Shown: in pieces, positions 1 to 9,474 of the stretch | Position numbering within the stretch: position 1 is the stretch's first letter | Layout: each line of letters opens with the position of its first letter | NCBI GenBank assembly: GCA_029855935.1 | Contig: JAGSHN010000020.1 | Location: 32,001 to 96,000, forward strand | DNA from: Candidatus Thorarchaeota archaeon | GTDB taxonomy: Archaea > Asgardarchaeota > Thorarchaeia > Thorarchaeales > Thorarchaeaceae | DNA length: 64,000 nucleotides | Reading direction: 5' to 3' | Notes under the pieces: model-generated | Told to the model about the DNA's origin: nothing | The model's input: the letters and a program-made list of their open reading frames with translations, nothing else | Databases searched by the model: none | Translations under genes and position numbers: made by a program

Positions 1-411
1 CACGCCATCGACGACTGGCCCAAGGTCCGTGACGACCCCAAGACCGTCAGCACAGTGAGACAGAGTGCAGTCCCACGCATCGCAGAGGCACTGCGCAGCC
101 ACCCAGTGCCGTGGTGGATTCTCCACGCCATCAGAAACTGGCCCGAGGTCCGTGACGACCCCAAGATTGTCAGCGCCATCGCAGAGGCACTGCGCAGCGG
201 TCCCAAGCCGTGGAGGATTCTCCACGTCATGAAGGGCTGGCCGGGAGTTCAAGCCCATCCGGATGTGAGAGCGGCGATAGATGATGTGGCCGAGAAGATC
301 TGTCAGGCTCGTAGTAGGCAGTGGATTCCGGACATAACATGGGAGAGCATAGTCAAGATTCCCCAGCTCAGGCAGCACGAGTGCATAGAACGCCTTCTGT
401 CCCGTGACTAG
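1..411 (+). CDS. 3' end of a helical-repeat protein, paralog of 944..3976 (5' truncated by window edge)
   Basis: Frame is open from base 1 (HAIDDWPKVRDDPK...). Carries the same IAEALRSHPxPWxILxxIxxWxxVRDDPKIV repeats and the same C-terminal cap (IVKIPQLRQHECI) as 944..3976. Confidence 0.85.
   Translation, partial: HAIDDWPKVRDDPKTVSTVRQSAVPRIAEALRSHPVPWWILHAIRNWPEVRDDPKIVSAIAEALRSGPKPWRILHVMKGWPGVQAHPDVRAAIDDVAEKICQARSRQWIPDITWESIVKIPQLRQHECIERLLSRD
79..276 (+). repeat. Coding tandem repeat, 99-bp (33-aa) unit
   Basis: atcgcagaggcactgcgcagc recurs at 79 and 178; a partial unit precedes it at 1-78. Confidence 0.85.
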
Positions 412-943
412 GAACAGCAACAATCACGCGAGTACAGAGAAGCCGCATTGTTCGAATCCGCTGTATCGTTGCAGAACCACAGTGCAGACAGAGTAATCAC
501 CGTACGGGACGCACTGCCAGGCATCGCCAAGTCTAGTTGATATCGATTCATCAATCAACCATCCGGTCGTCACAGATTGGCATATGATCTTGCCAACACG
601 AGGCGCTGCGCCTGTCATCTGCACCACCTGAGCACTGGCCACTATCGGTCGCGCAGAGAACGCGACTACGACCACTGGAAGATCTATAGGCGTAGTGTAG
701 GTGTGTGAGCTTCCAACTAGCCTGATTCTTCGCGGTCGGGTATATGACACATCACATCTGGCTGGTCCAGCAAATGGACATCTATGTTGACCCTCGAATC
801 CACGGCGGAAACTACCTAGTCACTCCTCAGGAGCCAATACAAGCCCTCGGTGCGATATGCAGAATCATCGGTCATACAATCGCGGGAAGATTTACATTAC
901 CGTATACAGACTTGGGTTCGACCCTGACGAGGGAGGGTGACGA

Positions 944-3900
944 TTGAGTCCCAGCAGCCAAGACGTGTCGAGGCTCGCAGACCTCATTGCAAGGCTTGCG
1001 CTGTACGCGATAGGCACTGTCCGCGAGAGACTCACACTAGACAACGTTGTGGGGTTCATAAGTGGTATCTGTAGTGGTGCTCCACTGGGGATTGGCGATT
1101 TTGCCCTCTCGAAGACACTCGAGGCGTTCTGGGATAGGATAGAGAGATGGGCGAGGAAGAGAGAGCTTGCGAAGACCATAAGGGGCCTCTACTTGTATCG
1201 ATCTGCCAACAGAGGCGTCAGAAAGAGTCTGGACAAGATTCCGAAGCTGATTCAAAGCAACGCGAGTAGAATTCGGAAGGAACTTGAGGCTGGTCGGTCA
1301 TTCGTCGAGATAGTCGAGGGCCTGCTCGCAGATACAGACGATATCAAGCTTCCCGAGGACTACGCAAAGAAGCTCCCAATCAATCTCCAGCATGCGATAT
1401 TTCGTGTTGTAGCATCGGGAGTCAAACTGCCTGATGTGTACAGCTTTCTCATAGGTGTGGGGATGAAGAATGACGAGATTAGCCAGGCCATAGAACTACT
1501 TCGTGCAACGCTTCAGTCCAATGCACTGGCCCGAGAACTCGTTGACCTGAGCTTCAGCACGCGTCTTGAGAGAATCGAAGTCACTCTCGACTGCGACGCT
1601 CTGACGGCTGAGCAGAATGAATCGCTCTTGCAGGACAGGACCGCACCCGAACCAACCTTCTTCAGAAGGCCGCACCTCAACTGGGTAGACCTCGAGAGAG
1701 GATACTACTATGACAGGTCCAAGCTCGTAGACGACATTGAGGACAAGTTTGCTCAGGGGAGATGGCTCCAACTCATTGTGGCGCCCTCGGGTGCAGGCAA
1801 GACAACTCTGGGACTCATCATCGGCTACAGGCACTTGACACTCTACGGCGGAATAGCATACTATGTCAATCTCGAAGACAGAAGCGATGTTGACCTGGCG
1901 AGAGATGTTGGCGAGATTGCCAAGGCCCTGAAGAGAATCAGAATGACTGCGGGGTCAAGGAGAGGTAATGATGAGGAAGACCTTGCCGACTATGATTCTG
2001 CTTCTGTTGAGGAGATTCCAAGCATACTCGTCATAGTCGACAACATTCACCTCAACCTCGGATTGGTCAAGGACTTGATACGAAGCGTCCGTAGCGCCTA
2101 CGTAGGGACTGACCTTGCCGCCGCATTGAGTATCCTCCTTCTTGCACGTGTTGGTCATGAGGACTTGCAGAGGGGTACTGAGCAGATACTTGCAGAGCTA
2201 TTCGATTCTAGACTCGGTAGGCGCATAGCCGGAACTCATACTCTTGAGAAGCGCGATTTCAAGGACGCTGTCAGAGGGATTGCCGAGGTCTTCGCAAGGG
2301 AGAGAAACATCGGAGATATCAAGTCGTTCGAGCGGGATCTGGTCAGGAGGAGCCAGGAGAGCCTGTGGTTGCTCTCTTTTGTTCTCCGAGGACTGGAAAA
2401 AGGCAGGTCAATCGAAGAGATCGACCTGTGTGAGGAGGTTGAGAAGTTCTACTATTGCGAATTCGAAAGATCAGAGCGCATCAATTCGGTCTTTCATCGT
2501 GTCCTTCATACACGCGCCAGTGAAAATGGACTTGACCTGGGACGACTTGAGCCTGCTGATGCGAGGGGAGCATTGCGTGCTGTACTGACGACCATTGCGG
2601 CACTCGGTACTCTCGGGACACCTATGCCCAAGAAATACTTGATTGAGGCTGCGGAGAGGTACGGAGTGCCAAGCGACATCGCGGGAGGCTTCCTCGAAGG
2701 CGAAGAAGCCAAAGCTGTCGTGGAGGAGATGATAGAACGTCTACGTACACTCAATGAGATTGTTGATGGAGAGATGGCGGGTGAGCAGACCGTCAGGCTT
2801 CCTCACACTACCCTTGCAGAGGTGGTCTGGAGTTGTGCAGTCAAGACAGGACGACCCAGCATCCTTGCAGAAGAGTCCCGCGATGACGATACCAGTATTG
2901 CCGCACACGACATGAGAGAACGGATCGTACTCTCGCTCCTCGACTGGTGTGCAGGATACGGCATAGTCGACAAGAATGGTGGTCCCGGCCTCTTGCCTCA
3001 GGTGATTCGGCAAGCCATCTTGGAGAACTTCTGGACTTGGAACCTTCATGTCATAGCGAACTGGTTCCGTGAGGGGGAGGACTTGCAACGACAACCGCGC
3101 CTGAGTGCTCTTGCAATTGCACTTGAGAACTATCCTGGGCTATCTATTCTTGATCTTCCTCTCTTCTCGTCGGGATTTCTTCCCGATGCATGGGAATCCT
3201 TGTTCAAAGATGCATTCCTCGTTGCCGACCGTCCGGGCCTCGTACTATACGCGATAAAATCGTTCTTTACGAGAAGACCAACGATTTTGGAAGTAGAGGC
3301 ACGCATTGATGACCTGTGCGCGGAAATCGCCCAGACACAGGAATCGAAAACTGTTTTGAGCGCCATATCCCCGTTTCTTGAGATTCGCAAGAACGAGAGA
3401 ATAGTGAATGCAATCGCTATGGTGTTGCGCAGCCATCCTGAGCCGTGGGAGATTCTCTACGTCATCAGCGACTGGTACGATGTCCGTAGCGACCCCAAAA
3501 TTGTCGTCGCCATCTCAGAGGCTATCCTTAGCCATCCTGAGCCATGGAAGATCCTTGAACCCATCAGCCTTGGAATCATCGAGTGGCCCGAGGTCAGTGG
3601 CAATTCCAAGGTCATCAACGCCATCGCAGAGGCACTGCGCAGCCATCCTAGGCCGTGGTGGATTCTCTACGCCATCAGCGACTGGGACGAGGTCCGGGAC
3701 GACCCCGAGATCGATAGCGCAGTGGGAGAGACTGCCATCCCACGCATCGCAGAGGCAATACGCAGCAGTTTCAATCCGTGGTTGATTCTACATCGTATCG
3801 TAGACTGGTCCAAGATTCAAGCGAATCCGGATGTGAGAGCGGCCATAGATGAGGTGGCCGAAACAATCTGCGAGGATCACCGTTGGGGACTGATTCCAGA

Positions 3901-3976
3901 CTGGGTGTGGGAAAACATAGTCAAGATTCCCCAGCTCAGGCAGCACGAGTGCATAAGGCGGTTTCTGTCGGAGTGA
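944..3976 (+). CDS. STAND-class P-loop NTPase (NLR-like) with N-terminal helical domain and C-terminal 33-aa repeats
   Basis: Walker A APSGAGKT (1781-1804), Walker B ILVIVDN, sensor-1-like ILLLAR, later helical/WH region with LPH motif. GGAGGGTGA RBS before a TTG start. Confidence 0.75.
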   Translation: MSPSSQDVSRLADLIARLALYAIGTVRERLTLDNVVGFISGICSGAPLGIGDFALSKTLEAFWDRIERWARKRELAKTIRGLYLYRSANRGVRKSLDKIPKLIQSNASRIRKELEAGRSFVEIVEGLLADTDDIKLPEDYAKKLPINLQHAIFRVVASGVKLPDVYSFLIGVGMKNDEISQAIELLRATLQSNALARELVDLSFSTRLERIEVTLDCDALTAEQNESLLQDRTAPEPTFFRRPHLNWVDLERGYYYDRSKLVDDIEDKFAQGRWLQLIVAPSGAGKTTLGLIIGYRHLTLYGGIAYYVNLEDRSDVDLARDVGEIAKALKRIRMTAGSRRGNDEEDLADYDSASVEEIPSILVIVDNIHLNLGLVKDLIRSVRSAYVGTDLAAALSILLLARVGHEDLQRGTEQILAELFDSRLGRRIAGTHTLEKRDFKDAVRGIAEVFARERNIGDIKSFERDLVRRSQESLWLLSFVLRGLEKGRSIEEIDLCEEVEKFYYCEFERSERINSVFHRVLHTRASENGLDLGRLEPADARGALRAVLTTIAALGTLGTPMPKKYLIEAAERYGVPSDIAGGFLEGEEAKAVVEEMIERLRTLNEIVDGEMAGEQTVRLPHTTLAEVVWSCAVKTGRPSILAEESRDDDTSIAAHDMRERIVLSLLDWCAGYGIVDKNGGPGLLPQVIRQAILENFWTWNLHVIANWFREGEDLQRQPRLSALAIALENYPGLSILDLPLFSSGFLPDAWESLFKDAFLVADRPGLVLYAIKSFFTRRPTILEVEARIDDLCAEIAQTQESKTVLSAISPFLEIRKNERIVNAIAMVLRSHPEPWEILYVISDWYDVRSDPKIVVAISEAILSHPEPWKILEPISLGIIEWPEVSGNSKVINAIAEALRSHPRPWWILYAISDWDEVRDDPEIDSAVGETAIPRIAEAIRSSFNPWLILHRIVDWSKIQANPDVRAAIDEVAETICEDHRWGLIPDWVWENIVKIPQLRQHECIRRFLSE
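3413..3870 (+). repeat. Four coding repeat units (33, 37, 41 aa and a capping unit)
   Basis: Units start at 3413, 3512, 3623 and 3746, consensus IAEALRSHPxPWxILxxIxDWxxVxxxPxI. Confidence 0.85.
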
Positions 3977-4197
3977 CTGAGAACAACAATGATCACGCAA
4001 GGGCAAGGAAGCCCACCATATCATTCTGACCACACAGAACCGGCGCAGAACCGTGGCGAAGCCAAAGCAATCTCCGTATGGGACGCAGTACAATCGAAGT
4101 GGTACCTAGTCCCTCTGTGTCCACTGCCCAAGGACACTTGGCTACCGCGAGATATGGAGCGAGGGCGGCCAGCCCCCGCGACCCCCGTGGCGCCGAA

Positions 4198-5211
4198 TCA
4201 CAGAGCGACGTTTGGCCCATTGTTCAATCTGCGCCACCACAGCCCCCGCCCCTCTCTCAGGTACCACAATGCCTTGGCGAGGTCGACAATCGCGCGCCAC
4301 GAGCTCGCCGCCACAACGACAGAGATGACGAACACCCATTTCCACAGGAGGACATCAGGTCCCGGTCCGGCGGTGGCCAACAGTGCGGTCAGGTCAACTA
4401 GGGTCCACACGCCATTCTGGTAGAGGTAGACGTACCGCGTGGGCCAGCCGATATGGATCAGGACAGATGCAAGCAGGGCCTGGGCGATGCCCACTGCACC
4501 CTCAACTATCAGGCTTGTTGTGTTCTCGCCAGCCCACAGGAACACGAGTCCCACCGAAGCCTGAGCGAGGAGTATTGCCACCAGGTACGGCACGAACACG
4601 AGGAATACTGGTGTCAACATCACCTGAAGTCTCGGGTGGAGAAGCAGGGCCGAGATGACCACGCCTCCCACTACATCCATGACCGCACTCGTTCTGGTCT
4701 TCCTTCTGAGTCCCTCTCTCCCGATGGCCAGCACGCGCTCGAAGAGTGTCCTGTCCGCTGTATTGGTCTGCACCTCGATAATATGGCGCTGTTCAAGGAT
4801 AGACAGTACCGCAAGTACGCACAGTACCACTATCCAGCTGATGATGAGCGGCCCACTGACGGGCAACACATCGGGCAACACCTGCGCCGCGACCAGTGTG
4901 CCAAGCACGAGAGCGAGGCCAGCACTTGCGAGCACGAAGAGAAGCGCGATCAACGGTCGCAGATATTCGACAGGCACGGGTCCGACTCTCTTGCCAGTCC
5001 CCGCATACTCATTGGCCACAGCCTGAGGCTCGCCCATCCGCTCAATGGCCATCAGGGCTGACCCCGGCGTGATCTCTCCGTCACCAATCCGCTCTGCCTC
5101 CTGAATGAGGTGAGTCCTGAGCTCCAGCAGATACTCCTCGTCCTCCATCGGCAGGTAGGTCCGGACACGTTCCAGATACTGGTCAATCAGACGCATCGCC
5201 CTGTCATTCAC
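4198..5211 (-). CDS. Membrane protein with N-terminal HAAS-type domain (PadR partner)
   Basis: IDQYLERVRTYLP...ELRTHL...AIERMGEPQAVA signature, then about 6 TM segments. Overlaps the padR stop by 4 bp. Confidence 0.75.
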   Translation of the reverse strand: MNDRAMRLIDQYLERVRTYLPMEDEEYLLELRTHLIQEAERIGDGEITPGSALMAIERMGEPQAVANEYAGTGKRVGPVPVEYLRPLIALLFVLASAGLALVLGTLVAAQVLPDVLPVSGPLIISWIVVLCVLAVLSILEQRHIIEVQTNTADRTLFERVLAIGREGLRRKTRTSAVMDVVGGVVISALLLHPRLQVMLTPVFLVFVPYLVAILLAQASVGLVFLWAGENTTSLIVEGAVGIAQALLASVLIHIGWPTRYVYLYQNGVWTLVDLTALLATAGPGPDVLLWKWVFVISVVVAASSWRAIVDLAKALWYLREGRGLWWRRLNNGPNVAL

Positions 5212-5588
5212 TCCCCAGATACCTCCTTCACAATCCTGTCCATCCCATCCGAGAGCTCGCGCCAGATCTTGCTCATCATCCTCACAGCCTTCTCTCCCTC
5301 CCTCGTGAGGGTGTAGTACTTCTTCGGCTTTGCAGGGTCAGTGTAGTCCCACTCCGCCGCCAGAAGTCGCCTCTTCTCAAGACGCCTAAGAATGGGATAG
5401 ACGGTCCCCTGTTCAAGCGACAGAAACGAAGCCTTCTCGTCAAGCTGCTTGACCAGCTCGTAGCCGTAGGCACGACCGCCACTGAGCAGTGCCATCACGG
5501 CAAGCGATACCGCGCCGCGCTTGACCTCCTTCGACCACCGTGTGATCTCCTCCTCGACATTGTCAGACACTCTGGTCACACTCATCAC
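5208..5588 (-). CDS. PadR family transcriptional regulator
   Basis: KRGAVSLAVMALL..RAYGYEL..QGTVYPILRRLE..KKYYTLTREG. Confidence 0.92.
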   Translation of the reverse strand: MMSVTRVSDNVEEEITRWSKEVKRGAVSLAVMALLSGGRAYGYELVKQLDEKASFLSLEQGTVYPILRRLEKRRLLAAEWDYTDPAKPKKYYTLTREGEKAVRMMSKIWRELSDGMDRIVKEVSGE

Positions 5589-5592
5589 CCGA

Positions 5593-5628
5593 CATATGGT
5601 AGCACCATATGATGGCTGTCATCATATG
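5593..5628. promoter_or_regulatory. Two overlapping inverted repeats, probable PadR operator
   Basis: CATATGGT-agc-ACCATATG (5593-5611) and CATATGATG-gctgt-CATCATATG (5606-5628), immediately upstream of the padR start. Confidence 0.6.
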
Positions 5629-5700
5629 TGGCGAACGACTGTTGGGCCATTCAGATTGGCCTGCGCAGCAGCGACGGATGGGCCCCGTCTGGCTACGGCT

Positions 5701-6774
5701 CTATTCGAATATGCAGCCGCCTGGCCGGCTCGGAGCGGGAGTGCCCTCCTTGATGTGCACGAGGATTCCGTGCGACTTGGAGAACTCGAGAACAGTCTCC
5801 ACGCAACGGGAATAGAATGCCGAGGAGTTGGGATACTCTCTGACCAGCCTATTGTAGTTCCATCTTCCGAAGATAATCTTGTCAACAAATGAGACCTGTT
5901 CGAGAAGGTCCGTTAGTCGCTGCTGGACGATATTAGGAGTCGGATACGGTTCGATACTGACCCAGGTCTTCAGGCCCAAGCCGCTGAGCCTGCGGAGTGA
6001 GGATATCCTGTCTTGAGGAGGTGCCGAGAGCGGTTCATACCGGTCCACGAAACCCTTGTCAAGAGAAACCACCGAGACTCCGTACTCATTGTCCGCAGCG
6101 TATCTCTCATCTGACAGGGAGGGGGGATAGAGGCCCTTGGTGAGCGTGGTCACGCGGACTCCAGCGCGATTCAGCCTCTCGATAATCGCAAGCGTCATGT
6201 CACGGACCCAGGGTATGACCCGGTGGTTGACGGGGTCGTACATAAACGGGTCTGTCGTGAAGGACAGGTGAACAAAGCGGATCTTGCCTCTCAGGCGTGG
6301 GAGCTCCCGGTCAAGCAGCTCCAATGCATTCCCCACAAGGCGCGGATGGAGCCAGTCCTCATATCCGGCGACTCGGCCGTACCGACGAGCCATCATCATT
6401 GCGTAGCAGGGGTACCTGCATCCGTGAGCACATCCCAGCAGGTGGTTTATTGTGTAGTCTCCGTACTCCACCCCGGTCCGGTACATTAGACTCTTGCGTC
6501 GGATTGTGGGAAATGAGTCAAAGTACACAACGTCACGCGATCTGATGTCGGTACGAATTCTACCCTCTGCAATTCGCGGGCGCCGCTCCACGTACACGCG
6601 GCCTTCCCTCTCAAGATATCGAATTGAGGCCTCAACCAGCCTTGGGTCAACACCGGAGGCAACATCCGCAAGGAGGTCTATGACTGGCATATGTTGGCCT
6701 CTGAGCTCCTCCAAGAGAGCCCTCGCCAGTTTCGCTATTTCAGCCTGTCTTGGAACCTGGATCTCCACTGGCAA
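5701..6774 (-). CDS. Radical SAM protein, spore-photoproduct-lyase-like family
   Basis: INHLLGCAHGCRYPCYA Fe-S motif, HLSFTTDPF, TLTKG, TWVSIEP. Confidence 0.8.
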   Translation of the reverse strand: MPVEIQVPRQAEIAKLARALLEELRGQHMPVIDLLADVASGVDPRLVEASIRYLEREGRVYVERRPRIAEGRIRTDIRSRDVVYFDSFPTIRRKSLMYRTGVEYGDYTINHLLGCAHGCRYPCYAMMMARRYGRVAGYEDWLHPRLVGNALELLDRELPRLRGKIRFVHLSFTTDPFMYDPVNHRVIPWVRDMTLAIIERLNRAGVRVTTLTKGLYPPSLSDERYAADNEYGVSVVSLDKGFVDRYEPLSAPPQDRISSLRRLSGLGLKTWVSIEPYPTPNIVQQRLTDLLEQVSFVDKIIFGRWNYNRLVREYPNSSAFYSRCVETVLEFSKSHGILVHIKEGTPAPSRPGGCIFE

Positions 6775-7146
6775 TTATACCATCACACGCTATCACTTCT
6801 GTATTGTGACACTTACCCTACAAACAGGCCGCCGTTCGGCCAGTGAGTCAACCCGTTTCTCCCACCACGTGTAGTCGTCCACTTGAATCACACCCCTTTT
6901 GGCATCAATATCCGGATTGCCAGTCTGACTGAAAAACCCCTCGTACACACAAGTGAGCAGAAAGTCACGCAATATGTGGAGACAATGGCCTCACCAGCTA
7001 TCTGATATCACAATGGCGCCACAAGTCACAACACGGATTGTTGGAGGCCCGGTCAGGGAACCACCTCCACTGGCACATCGAAAGATGTGGTGCTAGAAGG
7101 CTACAGCTCAGCCTCTTGCCACAGTCTTCCGAGCCTTTCGCTGGTA

Positions 7147-8580
7147 TCAATGGTGGTGCGCGTGCTCTCCCGGCGGCCTATCAGGCGCAAGACGGCCGAC
7201 AGCACGCTGAACCAGCTCCGGCAGGGCCGGATGGATATGTATCGCCCGCAGGATGGGAACGTAAGTGCCATCGCCGCAGTTCATCACGTTGGTGATCTCC
7301 TGAATCAGGATGGGAGCGTGGGGTCCGATGATTGTCGCGCCGAGAATCCGTCCATTCTCAGCATCGCAGACGACCCTAAGAAAGCCCGGAGGATAGCCCA
7401 TCGCAGCACCCTTCGCAGCACCCCCGTAGTCAATCTGGCCGACAAGCAGTCTCCTACCAGACTCGCGGGCCTCCGTCAGCGTCATTCCGACGGTGGCAAT
7501 GGGGGGATACGAGAAGATCGCACGCGGCACAGCGTGGTAGTCCATCGTGAGGAGGTTCGGTTCTCTCCCGCTCTTCTCGGCCTCAAGGACCTCGAGAAAG
7601 TTGTGCCACACGATCGACGACTCCTCGTTCGCAGTATGTCTGAACATATAGCGTCCTATGGCATCACCGAATGCCCAGATGTTCTTCTTTGTTGTCTGGA
7701 AATATTCATCCACGATCACGTAGCCTCTCTTGTCGACCTTGACACCCGTCTTCTCGGGCTTGAAGAGGTCAGCATTGCTCCGCCGGCCTGCTGCGATTAG
7801 GAGGGCCTCGCCGCTCGCCTCGACAGTGTCGCCAGTCGCCTTGTTCCTCGCTCTGACCGTCTTGATATCGCCCCTCTGTGTGACCTCTGTGACCTCATAG
7901 CCCGTGAGAACACGCATCCTCTTTGACAGCTCCTGTCGGAGCAGCTCGGAGACATCAGGGTCCTCCTTCTTCACCAGTCGCGGGTTACGTCCGACAATCG
8001 TCACCTCGGTACCGATGGCGGAGAAGAAGTGAGCGAACTCGACGGCCACAAAGCCACCACCGACAATGACCATTGACCGCGGCTGTTCCTCCAGCTCCAG
8101 CACTGTCTTGTTGGTGAGGTAGTCAACCCTGTCCAGTCCCTTGATCGGCGGGATGACCGGACGCGAGCCTGCGGCGATGAAGACGTAGGGAGCCTTGATG
8201 GTCTCATCTCCGACCCTCATCGTGTAGTCGTCGACGAACTCCCCTGTCACGTGATACCAGTCGAGACCCTCAACGGCGTTGACAGACTCGCCCATCCTCT
8301 TGGACTCGCCCAACGTCTCGTGACGCATCCGAGCCATCAGACCCTTGAAGTCCACCGCCTCGACTCGCGCGCGCAGATTGACGGCCTCGGCGTGGCGCAT
8401 CTCCATTATCACGTCGGCAACATAGGTGAGCATCTTGGTAGGTATGCAGCCTCTGTTCAGACAGGTGCCTCCGAGAGGACCGTTCTCGACAACGGCGACT
8501 CGCATCCCCCTCTCAAATGCTGCAGCCGCCAGGTTCATTCCGGCACCGGAACCGAGAACAATGAGGTCGTAGTCTTTCAT
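7147..8580 (-). CDS. Dihydrolipoamide dehydrogenase family pyridine nucleotide-disulfide oxidoreductase
   Basis: GSGAG, GGTCLNRGCIP, GGGFVAVE, WAFGD, C-terminal HIHPALPE. Confidence 0.88.
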   Translation of the reverse strand: MKDYDLIVLGSGAGMNLAAAAFERGMRVAVVENGPLGGTCLNRGCIPTKMLTYVADVIMEMRHAEAVNLRARVEAVDFKGLMARMRHETLGESKRMGESVNAVEGLDWYHVTGEFVDDYTMRVGDETIKAPYVFIAAGSRPVIPPIKGLDRVDYLTNKTVLELEEQPRSMVIVGGGFVAVEFAHFFSAIGTEVTIVGRNPRLVKKEDPDVSELLRQELSKRMRVLTGYEVTEVTQRGDIKTVRARNKATGDTVEASGEALLIAAGRRSNADLFKPEKTGVKVDKRGYVIVDEYFQTTKKNIWAFGDAIGRYMFRHTANEESSIVWHNFLEVLEAEKSGREPNLLTMDYHAVPRAIFSYPPIATVGMTLTEARESGRRLLVGQIDYGGAAKGAAMGYPPGFLRVVCDAENGRILGATIIGPHAPILIQEITNVMNCGDGTYVPILRAIHIHPALPELVQRAVGRLAPDRPPGEHAHHH

Positions 8581-8695
8581 AGTGCTCGACAGCAGCAGTA
8601 GACAGTATTAAGATTGCTTGTTGCGCAGTGTTCTCTCCGCCGACTATGTGCCGAATGCGATATCCTTTATTGACGAGGGCCTGCTGGTGGGTGGT

Positions 8696-9403
8696 GTGAA
8701 GATTCCACAGAGCTTGGCCGAGAGTCTGATTGAGGCAAGCAGAGATCACATCTGCGAACCGGCTGACTGCTGTGTGAGGCTGGTCGCCATCGCAGACCTG
8801 CCTTCCGAGTTCGGCCATTTCCAGATATGCGGTTTTGTCAGTCCGTGTGATGGCAAAGAGCACACGGCAATCATCAAGGGCAATGTGGTCGACAAGGAGA
8901 ATGTCCTGCTGAGGGTGCACTCCGAGTGTCTCACCGGCGACGTGATGGGAAGCAAGAGATGCGATTGCCGGGACCAGCTCATCACCTCGTTGAGGATGAT
9001 TGAGGAGGAGGGCACGGGCATACTCATCTACCTCCGACAGGAGGGCCGCAATATCGGCCTCACCGAGAAGATCAGGGCGTACTCCCTTCAGGACCAAGGA
9101 GTCGATACGATTGACGCAAATATGCTGCTTGGGCATCAGGCCGACGAGCGCGACTACGGTGTGGCTGCTCATATGCTCCGGACGCTGAGGATACAATCGG
9201 TCCGCCTGCTGACAAACAATCCTGACAAGATCAGGCAGCTCACCAAGCGTGGAGTTGTGATAACGGAGAGAGTTCCGCTCGTCACACCAGTGACAGAGTA
9301 CAACAGATTCTATCTGGAGACCAAGCGGAGCCGTGCAGGGCATCTGCTGGGAGAGGAGGCCGCCCTCACGTCGGTCGAGGACATCTGTGGCGATGGGTGC
9401 TGA
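8696..9403 (+). CDS. ribA: GTP cyclohydrolase II
   Basis: RVHSECLTGD, RCDCRDQL, RQEGRNIGL, LLTNNPDK. Start placed at GTG 8696 (ORF is open from 8618). Confidence 0.92.
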   Translation: MKIPQSLAESLIEASRDHICEPADCCVRLVAIADLPSEFGHFQICGFVSPCDGKEHTAIIKGNVVDKENVLLRVHSECLTGDVMGSKRCDCRDQLITSLRMIEEEGTGILIYLRQEGRNIGLTEKIRAYSLQDQGVDTIDANMLLGHQADERDYGVAAHMLRTLRIQSVRLLTNNPDKIRQLTKRGVVITERVPLVTPVTEYNRFYLETKRSRAGHLLGEEAALTSVEDICGDGC

Positions 9404-9474
9404 CCGAAGCCGCTGATACCACCTATGACAAGGTCCCCAGCGGGGGCAGGGAGCAGCGAGAAGACAGAGATCTG

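Noticed and set aside
79-276. CRISPR-like array
   Set aside because: The repeats are in frame and coding, and the intervening sequence is homologous rather than unique spacer.
424-947. Short ORFs between the tandem paralogs (similarly 15822..16169 and 56339..56728)
   Set aside because: No motifs, RBS or convincing composition; treated as intergenic, though small genes cannot be excluded.
1-3976. Diversity-generating retroelement or TALE explanation for the variable repeats
   Set aside because: Changes are not confined to adenines, no reverse transcriptase is in the window, and the repeats share only their length with TALEs.
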